Both the position numbers and the translations under genes were made by a program. A stretch of 64,000 nt of DNA from an uncultured Actinomycetota bacterium (GTDB lineage Bacteria > Actinomycetota > Actinomycetes > JADGOV01): assembly GCA_963814355.1 (NCBI GenBank), contig CAWFCZ010000006.1:190746-254745 (forward strand). The letters are read 5' to 3'. Below the pieces are notes generated by a model. The model made no database searches and was not told the origin of the DNA. It worked only from the letters and a program-made list of their open reading frames with translations. Positions 20,599 to 28,984 of this stretch are shown one piece after another. The number at the start of each line of letters is the position of its first letter. The first letter of the stretch is position 1.

Positions 20599-20943
20599 GT
20601 GGACGAGGACAGACGCGGTGTCGAGGGCGCGGGGCGTCGGAGGAAGCGGTTCTTGACGCCGTTGCAGAAGTGCGAGATTTGGCTTCAGCTGCTGCGCCAG
20701 GAGGTCACGATGGCCGAGGCGGCGGTGAACTATCAGGTCGACCGTTCGACGGTCGTACGGATCCGGGAGGTCGCCAAGCGGGGCGCGTTGGCGGCGCTGT
20801 CGGAGTCCCGGCCCGGTACTCGGGCGGCGGCCCGGGACTCCGAGTTGGAGGCGGCCAGGGCGGAGATTGTCCGGCTGAGCGAGACGGTCAAGGAGCAGGC
20901 CGTCAGGTTGATGTTGATCGAGGGAAAAGGGGGTTGGGGCTGA
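20599..20943 (+). CDS. IS3-family OrfA-like HTH protein
   Basis: GTG follows GAGGAGG. FLTPLQKCEIWLQLLRQEVTMAEAAVNYQVDRSTVVRIRE plus a leucine-zipper-like tail. Confidence 0.6.
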   Translation: MDEDRRGVEGAGRRRKRFLTPLQKCEIWLQLLRQEVTMAEAAVNYQVDRSTVVRIREVAKRGALAALSESRPGTRAAARDSELEAARAEIVRLSETVKEQAVRLMLIEGKGGWG

Positions 20944-21132
20944 GTGGCCGGGTCCCTCGCCGGGTCGACGCGGCCACCAAGGCGGCGTTGCTGGGCCTGC
21001 TGTCTGGTGCGGGGGACGCCGGCTGGTCGCTGGGCCGGGCGGCGGAGGTTCTGGAGCTCGGCCGGGTCCGCGCGCACCGCTAGGCCGGGCGGGCGCAGCG
21101 CGCGGCGCTGGCGGACCGCCGCCCCGGTGGCA
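20944..21132 (+). pseudogene. IS3-family OrfB N-terminal remnant (in-frame stop, cut by the IS256 end)
   Basis: RVPRRVDAATKAALLGLLSGAGDAGWSLGRAAEVLELGRVRAHR, then TAG. The sequence stops at the IS256 left terminus. Confidence 0.45.
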
Positions 21133-21214
21133 CCCCGGTGCAGGGCGTGTCAGATGGTCTGTGTGAGGCGGGTGCCCCGATTCTGAGGCCTACCGGTCTT
21201 GAGAGGGAGCACTG

Positions 21215-22091
21215 ATGAGCGTGATGACAGGGAATGACGGCTTGCTGCCGGCGGTGGAGCCGGGTGGTGAGCCGGCTGGTCCGCCGCGGGTGTCGGGGCG
21301 GCAGCTGCGGGAGTTGCTGGCTGATGATCTGTGGCTGGATGAGTTGATCGATCGGGCCGGTGAGGGTGGGGTCCGGTTGACCGGGGAGGGCGGGTTCCTC
21401 CCGGAGTTGGTGAAAGCGGTCCTGGAGCGCGGGCTGCAGGCGGAGCTGACCGGCCACCTGGGTATGAGCCTGGTGATCCGGCTGGTCGGGGGTCGGGGAA
21501 CTCGCGGAATGGTGGCACGCCGAAGACGCTGTCGACGGAGGTCGGCCCGGTCGGGATCGACACCCCGCGGGATCGGGTTGGGTCGTTCGAGCCGCGGTTG
21601 GTGCCGAAGGGGCAGCGCCGCTTGGGCGGCCTGGACGAGATCATCATCTCGCTGTATGCGGGTGGGATGACGGTCCGGGACATCGGGCATCATCTGCGGC
21701 GCACGGTGGGCACCGAGTTGTCCCACGACACCATCAGCAAGGTCACTGATGCGGTGGTGGAGGAGGTGAAGGCCTGGCAGACCCGGCCGCTGGATGAGAT
21801 CTACCCGATCGTCTATCTGGATGCGCTGGTGGTGAAGGTCCGGGACGGGCATCAGGTGCGGAACAAGGCGGCGCACCTGGCGGTCGGGGTGGATCTGGAC
21901 GGCGTGAAGCACGTGCTGGGGATCTGGGTGCAGTCCACCGAGGGGGCGACGTTCTGGGCGGGGGTGTGCGCGGAGTTGGCGAACCGCGGGGTGCGGGACA
22001 TTCTGATCGCCTGCTGCGACGGCCTGGAGGGCCTGCCGGCGGCGATCGAGGCGACCTGGTCCAGGGTGACGGTGCAGACCTGTGTGGTGCA
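21215..22091 (+). pseudogene. IS256-family transposase, N-terminal ~290 codons (1-nt frameshift near 21470)
   Basis: ...LQAELTGHLG then, in another frame, YEPGDPAGRGSGNSRNG..PKTL.TEVGPVGIDTPRDR.GSFEPRLVPKGQRRLGGLDEIIISLYAGGMTVRDI...VYLDALVVKVR...VTVQTCVVH. Confidence 0.8.
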
Positions 22092-22175
22092 TTATGCCGA
22101 TCTTCGGATTATGCCGCTGTGGTCGCGGGATCCGTTGCGGGGCAGGGGGTTCGGCTTGGCGAGGTCGGCATAATC
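22092..22175. repeat. RIT-2 terminal inverted repeat (ritA side)
   Basis: The exact reverse complement of 27195-27278, and the same as 56149-56232. TTATGCCG / CGGCATAA submotifs occur three times. Confidence 0.85.
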
Positions 22176-22223
22176 CGGTGAGTTGATCGACGCTTGCCTC
22201 TTCCGTCTGGAGAGGAGAGCGTC

Positions 22224-23207
22224 ATGGTCAAGGTGTTGTCGTCGTTCGTGCGCGGGCCGTTGGAGCGACACGTCACGGGATTGGCCGAGGAACTGCTGCG
22301 GCAGGGCTATTCGGGGACCTCGGCCGCGCAGCATGTGTGTTTCATCGCCCATCTGGATCGCTGGATGAGCGCCGAGGACGTCGAGATCGGCGGCTTGAGC
22401 GGTCCGGTCATCGAGCGCTATCTCGCGCGGCGGCGCTCGGCGGGCTATGTGCAGTACCGGTCGGTGAGAGCGCTCCGGCCGCTGTTGGACTTCCTCGCGC
22501 CGCTTGGCGTATTGCCGGTCGCGTCGCTGGTTCCGCCGGGCCCGGTAGAGGGACTGCTTGTCCGCTACCGCGATTACCTGGTCGGTGAGCGCGGCCTGAC
22601 GCAGGGGACTGCGCGCGGCTACGTGGACTTGGTCCGCCCGTTCGTCGCCACCCGCGCCCACGGCGACGTGCTCGACCTGACCGGGATCACGGCGGCAGAC
22701 GTCAACGGCTTCGTGCTGTCGGCCTGCCCGGGTCGGGCTGTCGGGTCGGCGAAGCTGATCGTCTGCGCGCTGCGGTCGCTGCTGCGCTGGCTGCACTTGA
22801 CCGGGCAGATGTCGGTATCGCTGGCGAGCGCGGTGCCGTCGGTGGCGGGCTGGCGATTGTCGAGCCTGCCGACGGGCTTGGAACGGGGAGAGCTGCGCGG
22901 GCTGCTCGGCTCGTGTGATCGGCGCACCCGCACTGGGCGTCGGGACTACGCGATGATGCTGCTGCTGTCCCGGCTCGGGCTGCGCGCCGGGGAGGTCGCC
23001 CGCCTCGGGCTGGACGACATCGACTGGCGACGCGGCGAGATCGCAATCCGCGGCAAGGGCAACCGCGCCGAACGGCTGCCGCTGCCGGCCGACGTCGGGG
23101 CGGCGATCACGGCCTACCTGCGCGCGGGCCGGCCGACCACCGCCGAGGGCCGCAGCGTGTTCGTGCGGGTGCACGCCCCGCACCGGGCGCTGACCACGGG
23201 CGGGGTC
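22224..23207 (+). pseudogene. ritA: RitA of RIT-2, first ~328 codons, fused to a ritC tail by deletion
   Basis: Identical to 56281-57264 up to ...HRALTTGGVT. The sequence then diverges, lacking the AHRLRHTAATAM box present in copy 2. Confidence 0.75.
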
Positions 23208-23407
23208 ACCGTCGCGGCGCTGCGCCGTTATCAGCGGCTGCGCGACCAATCCGCGTCAGCGACCGGGACCGTGGCGTTCTTCGTCTCCCTGGCCGGAACC
23301 CGGCTGATCTACTGCAACGTCCACAACGCGTTCCACCGGCTCGTGCGCCTGGCCGGGCTCACCGCACGGTCAGCGTCGTGCCGCCCGCGCATCCACGACC
23401 TGCGGCA
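23208..23407 (+). pseudogene. ritC: RitC of RIT-2, internal segment ending at HDLRH where RIT-1 is inserted
   Basis: ...FFVSLAGTRLIYCNVHNAFHRLVRLAGLTARSASCRPRIHDLRH, then the RIT-1 terminus. Confidence 0.6.
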
Positions 23408-23498
23408 TTACGCGGACGGCCGCGTTATGCGCCTTGCTGGCCCGGGCCGCCTTGTGAGGAACGGGTTTGACGTGTCGTTGTCCGCATAATCCCGGGTG
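23408..23498. repeat. RIT-1 terminal inverted repeat (ritC side)
   Basis: Reverse complement of 26863-26953 with a few mismatches. Confidence 0.85.
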
Positions 23499-23504
23499 CC
23501 GGTG

Positions 23505-24548
23505 TCATTTCCCGAGCGTGTCGAGCCAGCTGACCAGAGAGGTGTCGGAGGTCCAGTCGGGCAGGGCGTCCGGGGTGAGCGGCTGGTAGGCGTTCTCGAT
23601 CGCGTTTCGTTTTGTCTCGGCGTCGGCGCGGGCGTAGATCTCGGTGGTGGAGACGTCAGCGTGGCCGAGCAGATCGCGGATGTAGATCAGGTTGACGCCG
23701 GCTTGGATGAGGTGCATCGCCCGGCTCCGCCTGAGGGTATGGGGCGTGACCGGCAGTCCGGGAGCCCAGCCGGGCTCGCGGGCCCGGACGGCTCGCACGT
23801 GGCGGGCGAGGATCTTGGCGACCCCGGAACGGGTCAGCCTCGTGTGGTGCGGTCCGCTGAACAGCGGGTTCGCGTCGGCTCCGATGGCGGGGTGCGGCTT
23901 GAGGTGGTTCAGGTAGTCGGCGAGGAGGCGGGCCGTCGGGTCCATGACGGGGACGTAGCGGATCTTGGAGCCTTTGCCGTGGATGCTCACGGTGATCGGT
24001 GTGGAGCGGCGGACGTCGGCGACGTCGAGGTCGCAGAGCTCTTGGACGCGGGCGCCGGTGTCGTAGGCCAGGGCGAGCAGAACGGTGTCCCTGACCGCGC
24101 GTGTGGTGGCGGTGCCTGGTTCGGCGAGCAGGGCCTTGATCTCCTCGCCGGTCAGGTGCCCGAGGTCCGGGGCCGGGGTGTTCTTCTGCCGGATCGCCAG
24201 TACGTGAGTGATCTGGTCGAGGTGGGCGGGCTGTTCGACGGCGGTGTAGCGGCAGAACGACTTGATCACCGCGAGGCGCTGGTTGCGGGTGGCCGGCGAG
24301 CAGCCGCGCTCGGTCTCCAGCCAGCCGAGGAACCGCAGGACCCGTGAGCGGTCGATGTCGACGAGGCGTAGCTTCTCGGGCGGTATGTGCTCGACGTCTT
24401 TGAACCAGGTGAGCAGCAGCTTCATCGCGTCCCGGTAGGAGGCTATGGTCCGGGCCGACGCGGCGCGTTCCCCGGCCAAGTGGTCGGTGAAGAACTTCGT
24501 CAGCCACCGCCCGGCCGGATCCGCCGGTGGCGCCGGCCGCGGGCTCAC
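23505..24548 (-). CDS. ritC: Tyrosine recombinase RitC
   Basis: GTG 24548 overlaps the ritB stop (GTGA). Box I is DTGARVQELCDL and box II is HTLRRSRAM...LLGHADVSTTEIY. The longer ORF reaching 24731 overlaps ritB and is unlikely. Confidence 0.8.
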   Translation of the reverse strand: MSPRPAPPADPAGRWLTKFFTDHLAGERAASARTIASYRDAMKLLLTWFKDVEHIPPEKLRLVDIDRSRVLRFLGWLETERGCSPATRNQRLAVIKSFCRYTAVEQPAHLDQITHVLAIRQKNTPAPDLGHLTGEEIKALLAEPGTATTRAVRDTVLLALAYDTGARVQELCDLDVADVRRSTPITVSIHGKGSKIRYVPVMDPTARLLADYLNHLKPHPAIGADANPLFSGPHHTRLTRSGVAKILARHVRAVRAREPGWAPGLPVTPHTLRRSRAMHLIQAGVNLIYIRDLLGHADVSTTEIYARADAETKRNAIENAYQPLTPDALPDWTSDTSLVSWLDTLGK

Positions 24549-25510
24549 GACCGGTCTCCGGCCGGTTCGGGGATGACGTAGCCGAAGCGGACCTGGGCCT
24601 TGGCCATCACCTCGGGGTAGGCGTCCGCGGTCAGCCGCAGGTAGTACTGGGTTCCGCGAAGATCGGTGTGGCCCATGTAGCAGGCCAGGTAGGGCAGCAT
24701 CACGGCCAGGTCGGCGTTGTCGGTGGCCCACCGTCGCAGGTTGGCGACGGCGAAGCCGTGGCGCAGCGAGTGCGGATGCGGGCCACCGGTGAAGTGCGGG
24801 ATGTCGGCGTCGGCGAGGTAGCCGCGGAAGCGCAGGTAGACGGTCGACTGGTTGATCGGCCTTCCTCCCGCCCTGCTGTAAAACACGTGGTCGCTGGGTT
24901 CCGGGGCCGGGTGCGCGGCCGCGGTGTAGGCGTGCAGGGTGGCGGCGAGCCGGGCGGTGACCGGGATGGTCCTGCCCTCACCGTTCTTCGAATCGCGGAT
25001 CTGCAGCGTCGCGGCGCTCGTGTCCACGTCCGGCAGGAGCAGGTTCAGCGCCTCGGACACCCGCAGCCCGGCGCCGTAGAGCACCCGGAACAGGACCGGG
25101 TCGACCAGCGCCTTGTTCGAGAAGCTCGACATCGGCTGGGAGTCGATCGCGGTGAACAACCGCCGCGTCTCGGCGTCGGTGAACACATACGGCGGCTGAT
25201 GGGGGACCCGCACCTGGGTGGCCGCGTCCGGGAGATGCGCATCCCAGCCAGCGGCTCGGGCATGCTCGGCCAGTTGCCGCAGCACCAACTCGTTGCGCCG
25301 GACCGTGGAGGCCCGCAGGTGTCGGCCGTAGCGGAACCCGTCGACCGCCTCCTTGGTGATCGAGGCGTCCGGGTAGCCCTGCCGCCGGCAGTGCTCAACG
25401 AACTGGCGCAGCACCCGCTGTGGGACCTTGAACCGGTACCCGCCGGCGTGCCGCAGCGCGGCAAGCTCGGCGACCAGCTCCGGCAGCGTCGGTTCAGGTG
25501 TCGCGCTCAC
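24545..25510 (-). CDS. ritB: Tyrosine recombinase RitB
   Basis: 321 aa. GAGLRVSEALNL, HSLRHGFAV, YMGHTDLRGTQYY. There are 4-bp overlaps with both neighbours. Confidence 0.85.
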   Translation of the reverse strand: MSATPEPTLPELVAELAALRHAGGYRFKVPQRVLRQFVEHCRRQGYPDASITKEAVDGFRYGRHLRASTVRRNELVLRQLAEHARAAGWDAHLPDAATQVRVPHQPPYVFTDAETRRLFTAIDSQPMSSFSNKALVDPVLFRVLYGAGLRVSEALNLLLPDVDTSAATLQIRDSKNGEGRTIPVTARLAATLHAYTAAAHPAPEPSDHVFYSRAGGRPINQSTVYLRFRGYLADADIPHFTGGPHPHSLRHGFAVANLRRWATDNADLAVMLPYLACYMGHTDLRGTQYYLRLTADAYPEVMAKAQVRFGYVIPEPAGDRS

Positions 25511-26772
25511 CGGCGCTCACCGGCCCGGTCGCCTTCGGTGACGTCTTCGACGTCCAACGCGCAACGGCGTAGCCGTTCGACGTCGAAACGCAGGTAGTAG
25601 GCCTGGGTCGTGTCGCTCGAGGCGTGTCCCAGCACGGCCGACACCACCGGGATCGGGGTGCCTCCGCCGATCATCGCGACCGCGAGCGCGCCGCGCAGGG
25701 AATGCATCCCGCAGACCTGGCCCGGCGGGAACACGATCCCGGCCCGGGCGGCGTGCCGCGGCAGCCGGGAGGCGACCGAGGATGAGGACCCGAACACGTC
25801 GAACGGGTGCCGATGCTTGATGAACACCTTCGGGCAGGCCGTCTCGGGCCGGCCGTCGCGGATGTAGTCAATGATCGCCCAGCCGACGTCGTCGAGCAGC
25901 GGCAGCCGCAACGGCCGTCCGGTTTTCTGTTGGACGATCGTGACCTGTTTCGCGCGCCAGTCGAGATCGCCCAGTTCCAGGCCGCGCAGATCCGAGATCC
26001 GCAGCCCCAGCCGGGCGGTCGTCAGGATCATCGCGTAGTCGCGCTTCCCGGTGGCGGACTGGCGGTCGATCCTGGCCAGTAACTGGCGGATCTCCTCCGC
26101 GGTCCACAGGTGCGGGTCGGACTCGTGACGGACGTGGCGGTGCGGCGGCAGACGATCTGCCAGGCCGGCCGGTGCCTGCCCCGCCGCGGCCAAGGCGCCG
26201 AGGAAGTCGGCCAGGCATGACCTCAGGGACGCGATCGTCGTGCGTCGCAGCCCACGTTGACGCAGCAAGAACCCGGACACGTCACGCACGCCGAGCGCCG
26301 CGAGATCGTCGATGCCCATCTCGACCAGGTAGGCCAAGAACCGGCTGGCCGCCCTGTCCTTCGTGACCACGGTCGCCTCGGCGTTGCCGCGACGGCGGCA
26401 CGAGGCGAGGTAGTCGTCCCTGAGCTGACGGAACCTTGCCGGACACCCGTCCTTCGCCGGGATCACTGGGCGGTCGACGTCGACCGCCCGGCCAGCCAGC
26501 ACCTCCGCCATCAACAGCACCGGCCGACGAACGGCCTGGACAGCCCTGTCTTTGACCGGCTCACGCAACGCCGCCAACCGGACGCCGGTCTGGTTCGCGA
26601 TGAAGTCGATGCACACCAACTCGCTTGCGGTGTCCACGCCGCGACCCGTCAAGAAAGCAGCGAACCGTTCCAGCACGACCTGGTACCTGCAGACCGTGTA
26701 CTCATCCCGCCCCGCATCGCGCACCACCGCCACCACGCGGTCCGCGGCGTCCCTGACACCAACATCGCCCAT
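25507..26772 (-). CDS. ritA: Tyrosine recombinase RitA
   Basis: 421 aa. TARLGLRISDLRGL, HSLRGALAV, VLGHASSDTTQAYY. It is the first gene of the trio. Confidence 0.85.
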   Translation of the reverse strand: MGDVGVRDAADRVVAVVRDAGRDEYTVCRYQVVLERFAAFLTGRGVDTASELVCIDFIANQTGVRLAALREPVKDRAVQAVRRPVLLMAEVLAGRAVDVDRPVIPAKDGCPARFRQLRDDYLASCRRRGNAEATVVTKDRAASRFLAYLVEMGIDDLAALGVRDVSGFLLRQRGLRRTTIASLRSCLADFLGALAAAGQAPAGLADRLPPHRHVRHESDPHLWTAEEIRQLLARIDRQSATGKRDYAMILTTARLGLRISDLRGLELGDLDWRAKQVTIVQQKTGRPLRLPLLDDVGWAIIDYIRDGRPETACPKVFIKHRHPFDVFGSSSSVASRLPRHAARAGIVFPPGQVCGMHSLRGALAVAMIGGGTPIPVVSAVLGHASSDTTQAYYLRFDVERLRRCALDVEDVTEGDRAGERR

Positions 26773-26862
26773 CGCGAATCACCCTTCATCCAGAATCGGA
26801 ATGAACAGGCGATTCTTCGCCGAGCAGGCGCAGCGCTCAGCACGCCGGGAAGCTGGCCCCGA

Positions 26863-26953
26863 CACCCGGGATTATGCGGACAACGACACGTCAAACCCGT
26901 TGGTCACAAAGCGGCCCGGGCCAGCAGGGCGCATAACACGGCCGTCCGCGTAA
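26863..26953. repeat. RIT-1 terminal inverted repeat (ritA side)
   Basis: See 23408-23498. Confidence 0.85.
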
Positions 26954-26985
26954 TGCCGGTTATGGGGAATTCCCCATAAGCGGCA
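26954..26985. repeat. 32-bp 13-6-13 palindrome abutting the RIT-1 end (TGCCGGTTATGGG GAATTC CCCATAAGCGGCA)
   Basis: Read directly. There is one arm mismatch. The outer 6 nt of the right arm (GCGGCA) equals the hexamer found at the other junction (23402-23407). Confidence 0.8.
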
Positions 26986-27196
26986 CACCACCGCAATGCG
27001 CCTGCTCCGAGCTGGCGTCGACACCAGCGTGATCGCCCTCTGGCTTGGCCACACCAGCGTCGAAACCACCCAGATCTACCTGCACGCCGACCTCGAACTC
27101 AAGGAGAAAGCACTTGCCAGAACCAAACCACCCACCGCCCGAGCAGGACGCTACAAACCGCCCGACACGCTCATCGCTTGGCTCGAAGCCCTCTGA
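26986..27196 (+). pseudogene. ritC: RitC of RIT-2, C-terminal 69 codons (resumes after the RIT-1 insertion)
   Basis: (H)TTAMRLLRAGVDTSVIALWLGHTSVETTQIYLHADLELKEKAL...IAWLEAL, with the stop inside the RIT-2 inverted repeat. Confidence 0.65.
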
Positions 27197-27278
27197 TTAT
27201 GCCGACCTCGCCAAGCCGAACCCCCTGCCCCGCAACGGATCCCGCGACCACAGCGGCATAATCCGAAGATCGGCATAA
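27195..27278. repeat. RIT-2 terminal inverted repeat (ritC side)
   Basis: Exact reverse complement of 22092-22175. Confidence 0.85.
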
Positions 27279-27310
27279 TGCACCTTATGCCGACGTCGGC
27301 ATAAGGTGCA
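27279..27310. repeat. 32-bp perfect 13-6-13 palindrome abutting the RIT-2 end (TGCACCTTATGCC GACGTC GGCATAAGGTGCA)
   Basis: Read directly. The outer 6 nt (GGTGCA) equals the target hexamer at 22086-22091. A second copy lies at 54981-55012. Confidence 0.85.
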
Positions 27311-27560
27311 CCTGATCCGCGCCTCGATGAGGTTCGTGTCCTACACCGACCGCAAGCGGGTCGCCGCCGCGCTCCGCGCCGTCTACACCGCGCCGACGGT
27401 GGAGGCGGCGGAGACCGCGCTCCTCGCGTTCGGCGAGTCCGAACTCGGCCGGCGCTATCCGGCGACCGTGGCGACCTGGGAGCGGGCGTGGGAGCGGTTC
27501 ATCCCGTTCCTCGCGTTCCCGCCCGCCGTCAGGAAGATCATCTACACCACGAACAGCATC
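27311..27560 (+). pseudogene. IS256-family transposase, middle segment
   Basis: (V)HLIRASMRFVSYTDRKRVAAALRAVYTAP...FPPAVRKIIYTTNSI continues ...QTCVVH from 22091 and is followed by ESLNFQLRK at 38476. Confidence 0.8.
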
Positions 27561-27681
27561 GTTATCTTGAGCCGCCCACCGGGTGTCCGTCATGTCGTTG
27601 ACGGGCGGCTGATGGTGTGCGGGCTGCGTGCTGGACGTGGTTATCTGCGGTCGTCCAGCAGGCGGCTTGCGGGAGGGTTCG

Positions 27682-28295
27682 GTGTTCGTTCAGCGGGTGG
27701 TGCTGCCCGACTCGCGGCGTGAATCGTGGACGGTGGTCGGTGATGATGCGGCGCCGATCGAGCCGGTGGAGCGGTATCTGGCGTTCTTGACCGACGTGGC
27801 CCGGTCACCGACACGGTGAAGGCTTACGCGCATGATTTGAGGGACTGGTTCGGGTTCTTGGCCGGCCGGTCGACGGACTGGCGCCAGGTGCGGCTGGAGG
27901 ACGTCGGCGAGTTCGTCGCCTGGCTGCGGCTGCCGCCGGCGGCCCGGGACGGCCGGGTGGCGGTGCTGCCGTCGGTCGGCGGGCATTGCACCGAGGCGAC
28001 GATCAACCGCAAGTTGTCGGCGGTGTCGGCGTTCTACCAGCACTCGGCGCGCAACGGTGTCGAGCTCGGGGACCTGCTGCGGACCTGGCAGCCGGCCGGT
28101 CGTCGCGGCAGCGGCTGGCGACCGTTCCTGCACCACATCAGCAAGGGTCGACCGGCGGCGCGGCGGGCGATCCGGTTGAACAGTGCGCGCAAGCATCCTC
28201 GGGTCCTCGGCCCGACCGAGGTGCAGGCCGTGTTGGACGCCTGTGATCGGCTACGCGACAGGCTGCTGTTCGCGGTGCTTTATGACACCGGGATG
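27682..28295 (+). pseudogene. W recombinase, part 1 (frameshift near 27812), ends at Box I
   Basis: VFVQRVVLPDS...PVERYLAFLTDVARSPT / VKAYAHDLRDWFGFL...DRLLFAVLYDTGM, then the Y terminus. Confidence 0.65.
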
Positions 28296-28414
28296 TTCTC
28301 CAGGGGTCAGCTTGCGTATGGGGCTGCGACTCGGGAGCTTTCCCTTTGCTCATAAGCTGATCGTGGAACGATAGCGTGCGCGACAGGTGTGGTGCAAGAA
28401 CGACCCGCCGGGAG

Positions 28415-28984
28415 TTACCGGTGTCGCGCCGGGGTGTTGAGTTGGGCCATGAGCTCGCGGTTGGCGGCGCGTGCGGCCGCGAGGTCCTGATCGCGTTCGA
28501 CGAGTTGCAGGCGCAGGTCGATGCTCTGCTGCTCGAGGTTGTTGATCTTCTGGTTGAGGGCGTCGAGGTCGGCGGGGACGCCGAGCCCGGACTCGCGCCA
28601 GGCCTGCTCGCCGAGCGTCTCGGACAGGCGGGTTTCCAGTTGCCGGATCCGGCTGGTCAGCCGGACGGCTCGTTCGCCGGCGGCGAGCAGGTCGGCGTGC
28701 AGCGAGGCGCGGGTGACGCCGGGCCCCTGGCCGGTCCCGGCCGGCGGTGGGGTTGCCTCCAGGGCGTGGATCTGGGCGAGCAGGTCGCGGTGGCGGTAGA
28801 GGAAACTGCGATCGACCCCGGCGGCACGGGCGATGCTCGCGGCGCTGATCTCGGTCCCGTCGGTGGCGGCGCGGTTGAGCGCGGCGAGGACGCGTTGGCG
28901 TCGCCGCGTGGAATCGGCTTGCCGGCCTTGTCGCATTGCTGTGGCGCGCTCGCTGTGCTCGGCGGCGGGAGCGTTGCTGGTCAT
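28415..28984 (-). CDS. TnpC-like coiled-coil protein (identical to 16212-16781)
   Basis: Identical 189-aa translation. Confidence 0.7.
   Translation of the reverse strand: MTSNAPAAEHSERATAMRQGRQADSTRRRQRVLAALNRAATDGTEISAASIARAAGVDRSFLYRHRDLLAQIHALEATPPPAGTGQGPGVTRASLHADLLAAGERAVRLTSRIRQLETRLSETLGEQAWRESGLGVPADLDALNQKINNLEQQSIDLRLQLVERDQDLAAARAANRELMAQLNTPARHR

Larger units (their letters stand above)
23408..26953 (-). mobile_element. RIT-1 element, copy 2, complete (ritA-ritB-ritC plus 91-bp inverted repeats)
   Basis: Three tandem, 4-bp-overlapping tyrosine-recombinase genes lie between near-identical 91-bp inverted repeats (23408-23498 and 26863-26953). The termini are TTACGCGG...CCGCGTAA. 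This matches the published RIT architecture. Confidence 0.85.
22092..27278 (+). mobile_element. RIT-2 element, copy 1, internally deleted (ritA fused to ritC tail) and carrying RIT-1
   Basis: Perfect 84-bp inverted repeats at 22092-22175 and 27195-27278 (TTATGCCGATC...). The first 1.1 kb is identical to 56149-57264. It is flanked by GGTGCA (22086-22091) and TGCACC (27279-27284). Confidence 0.7.

Noticed and set aside
22092-27278. Reading 22092-27278 as an intact two-recombinase element.
   Set aside because: Comparison with copy 2 (56149 onward) shows that ritA is truncated at 23207 and fused to a ritC tail, and that the middle is occupied by RIT-1.
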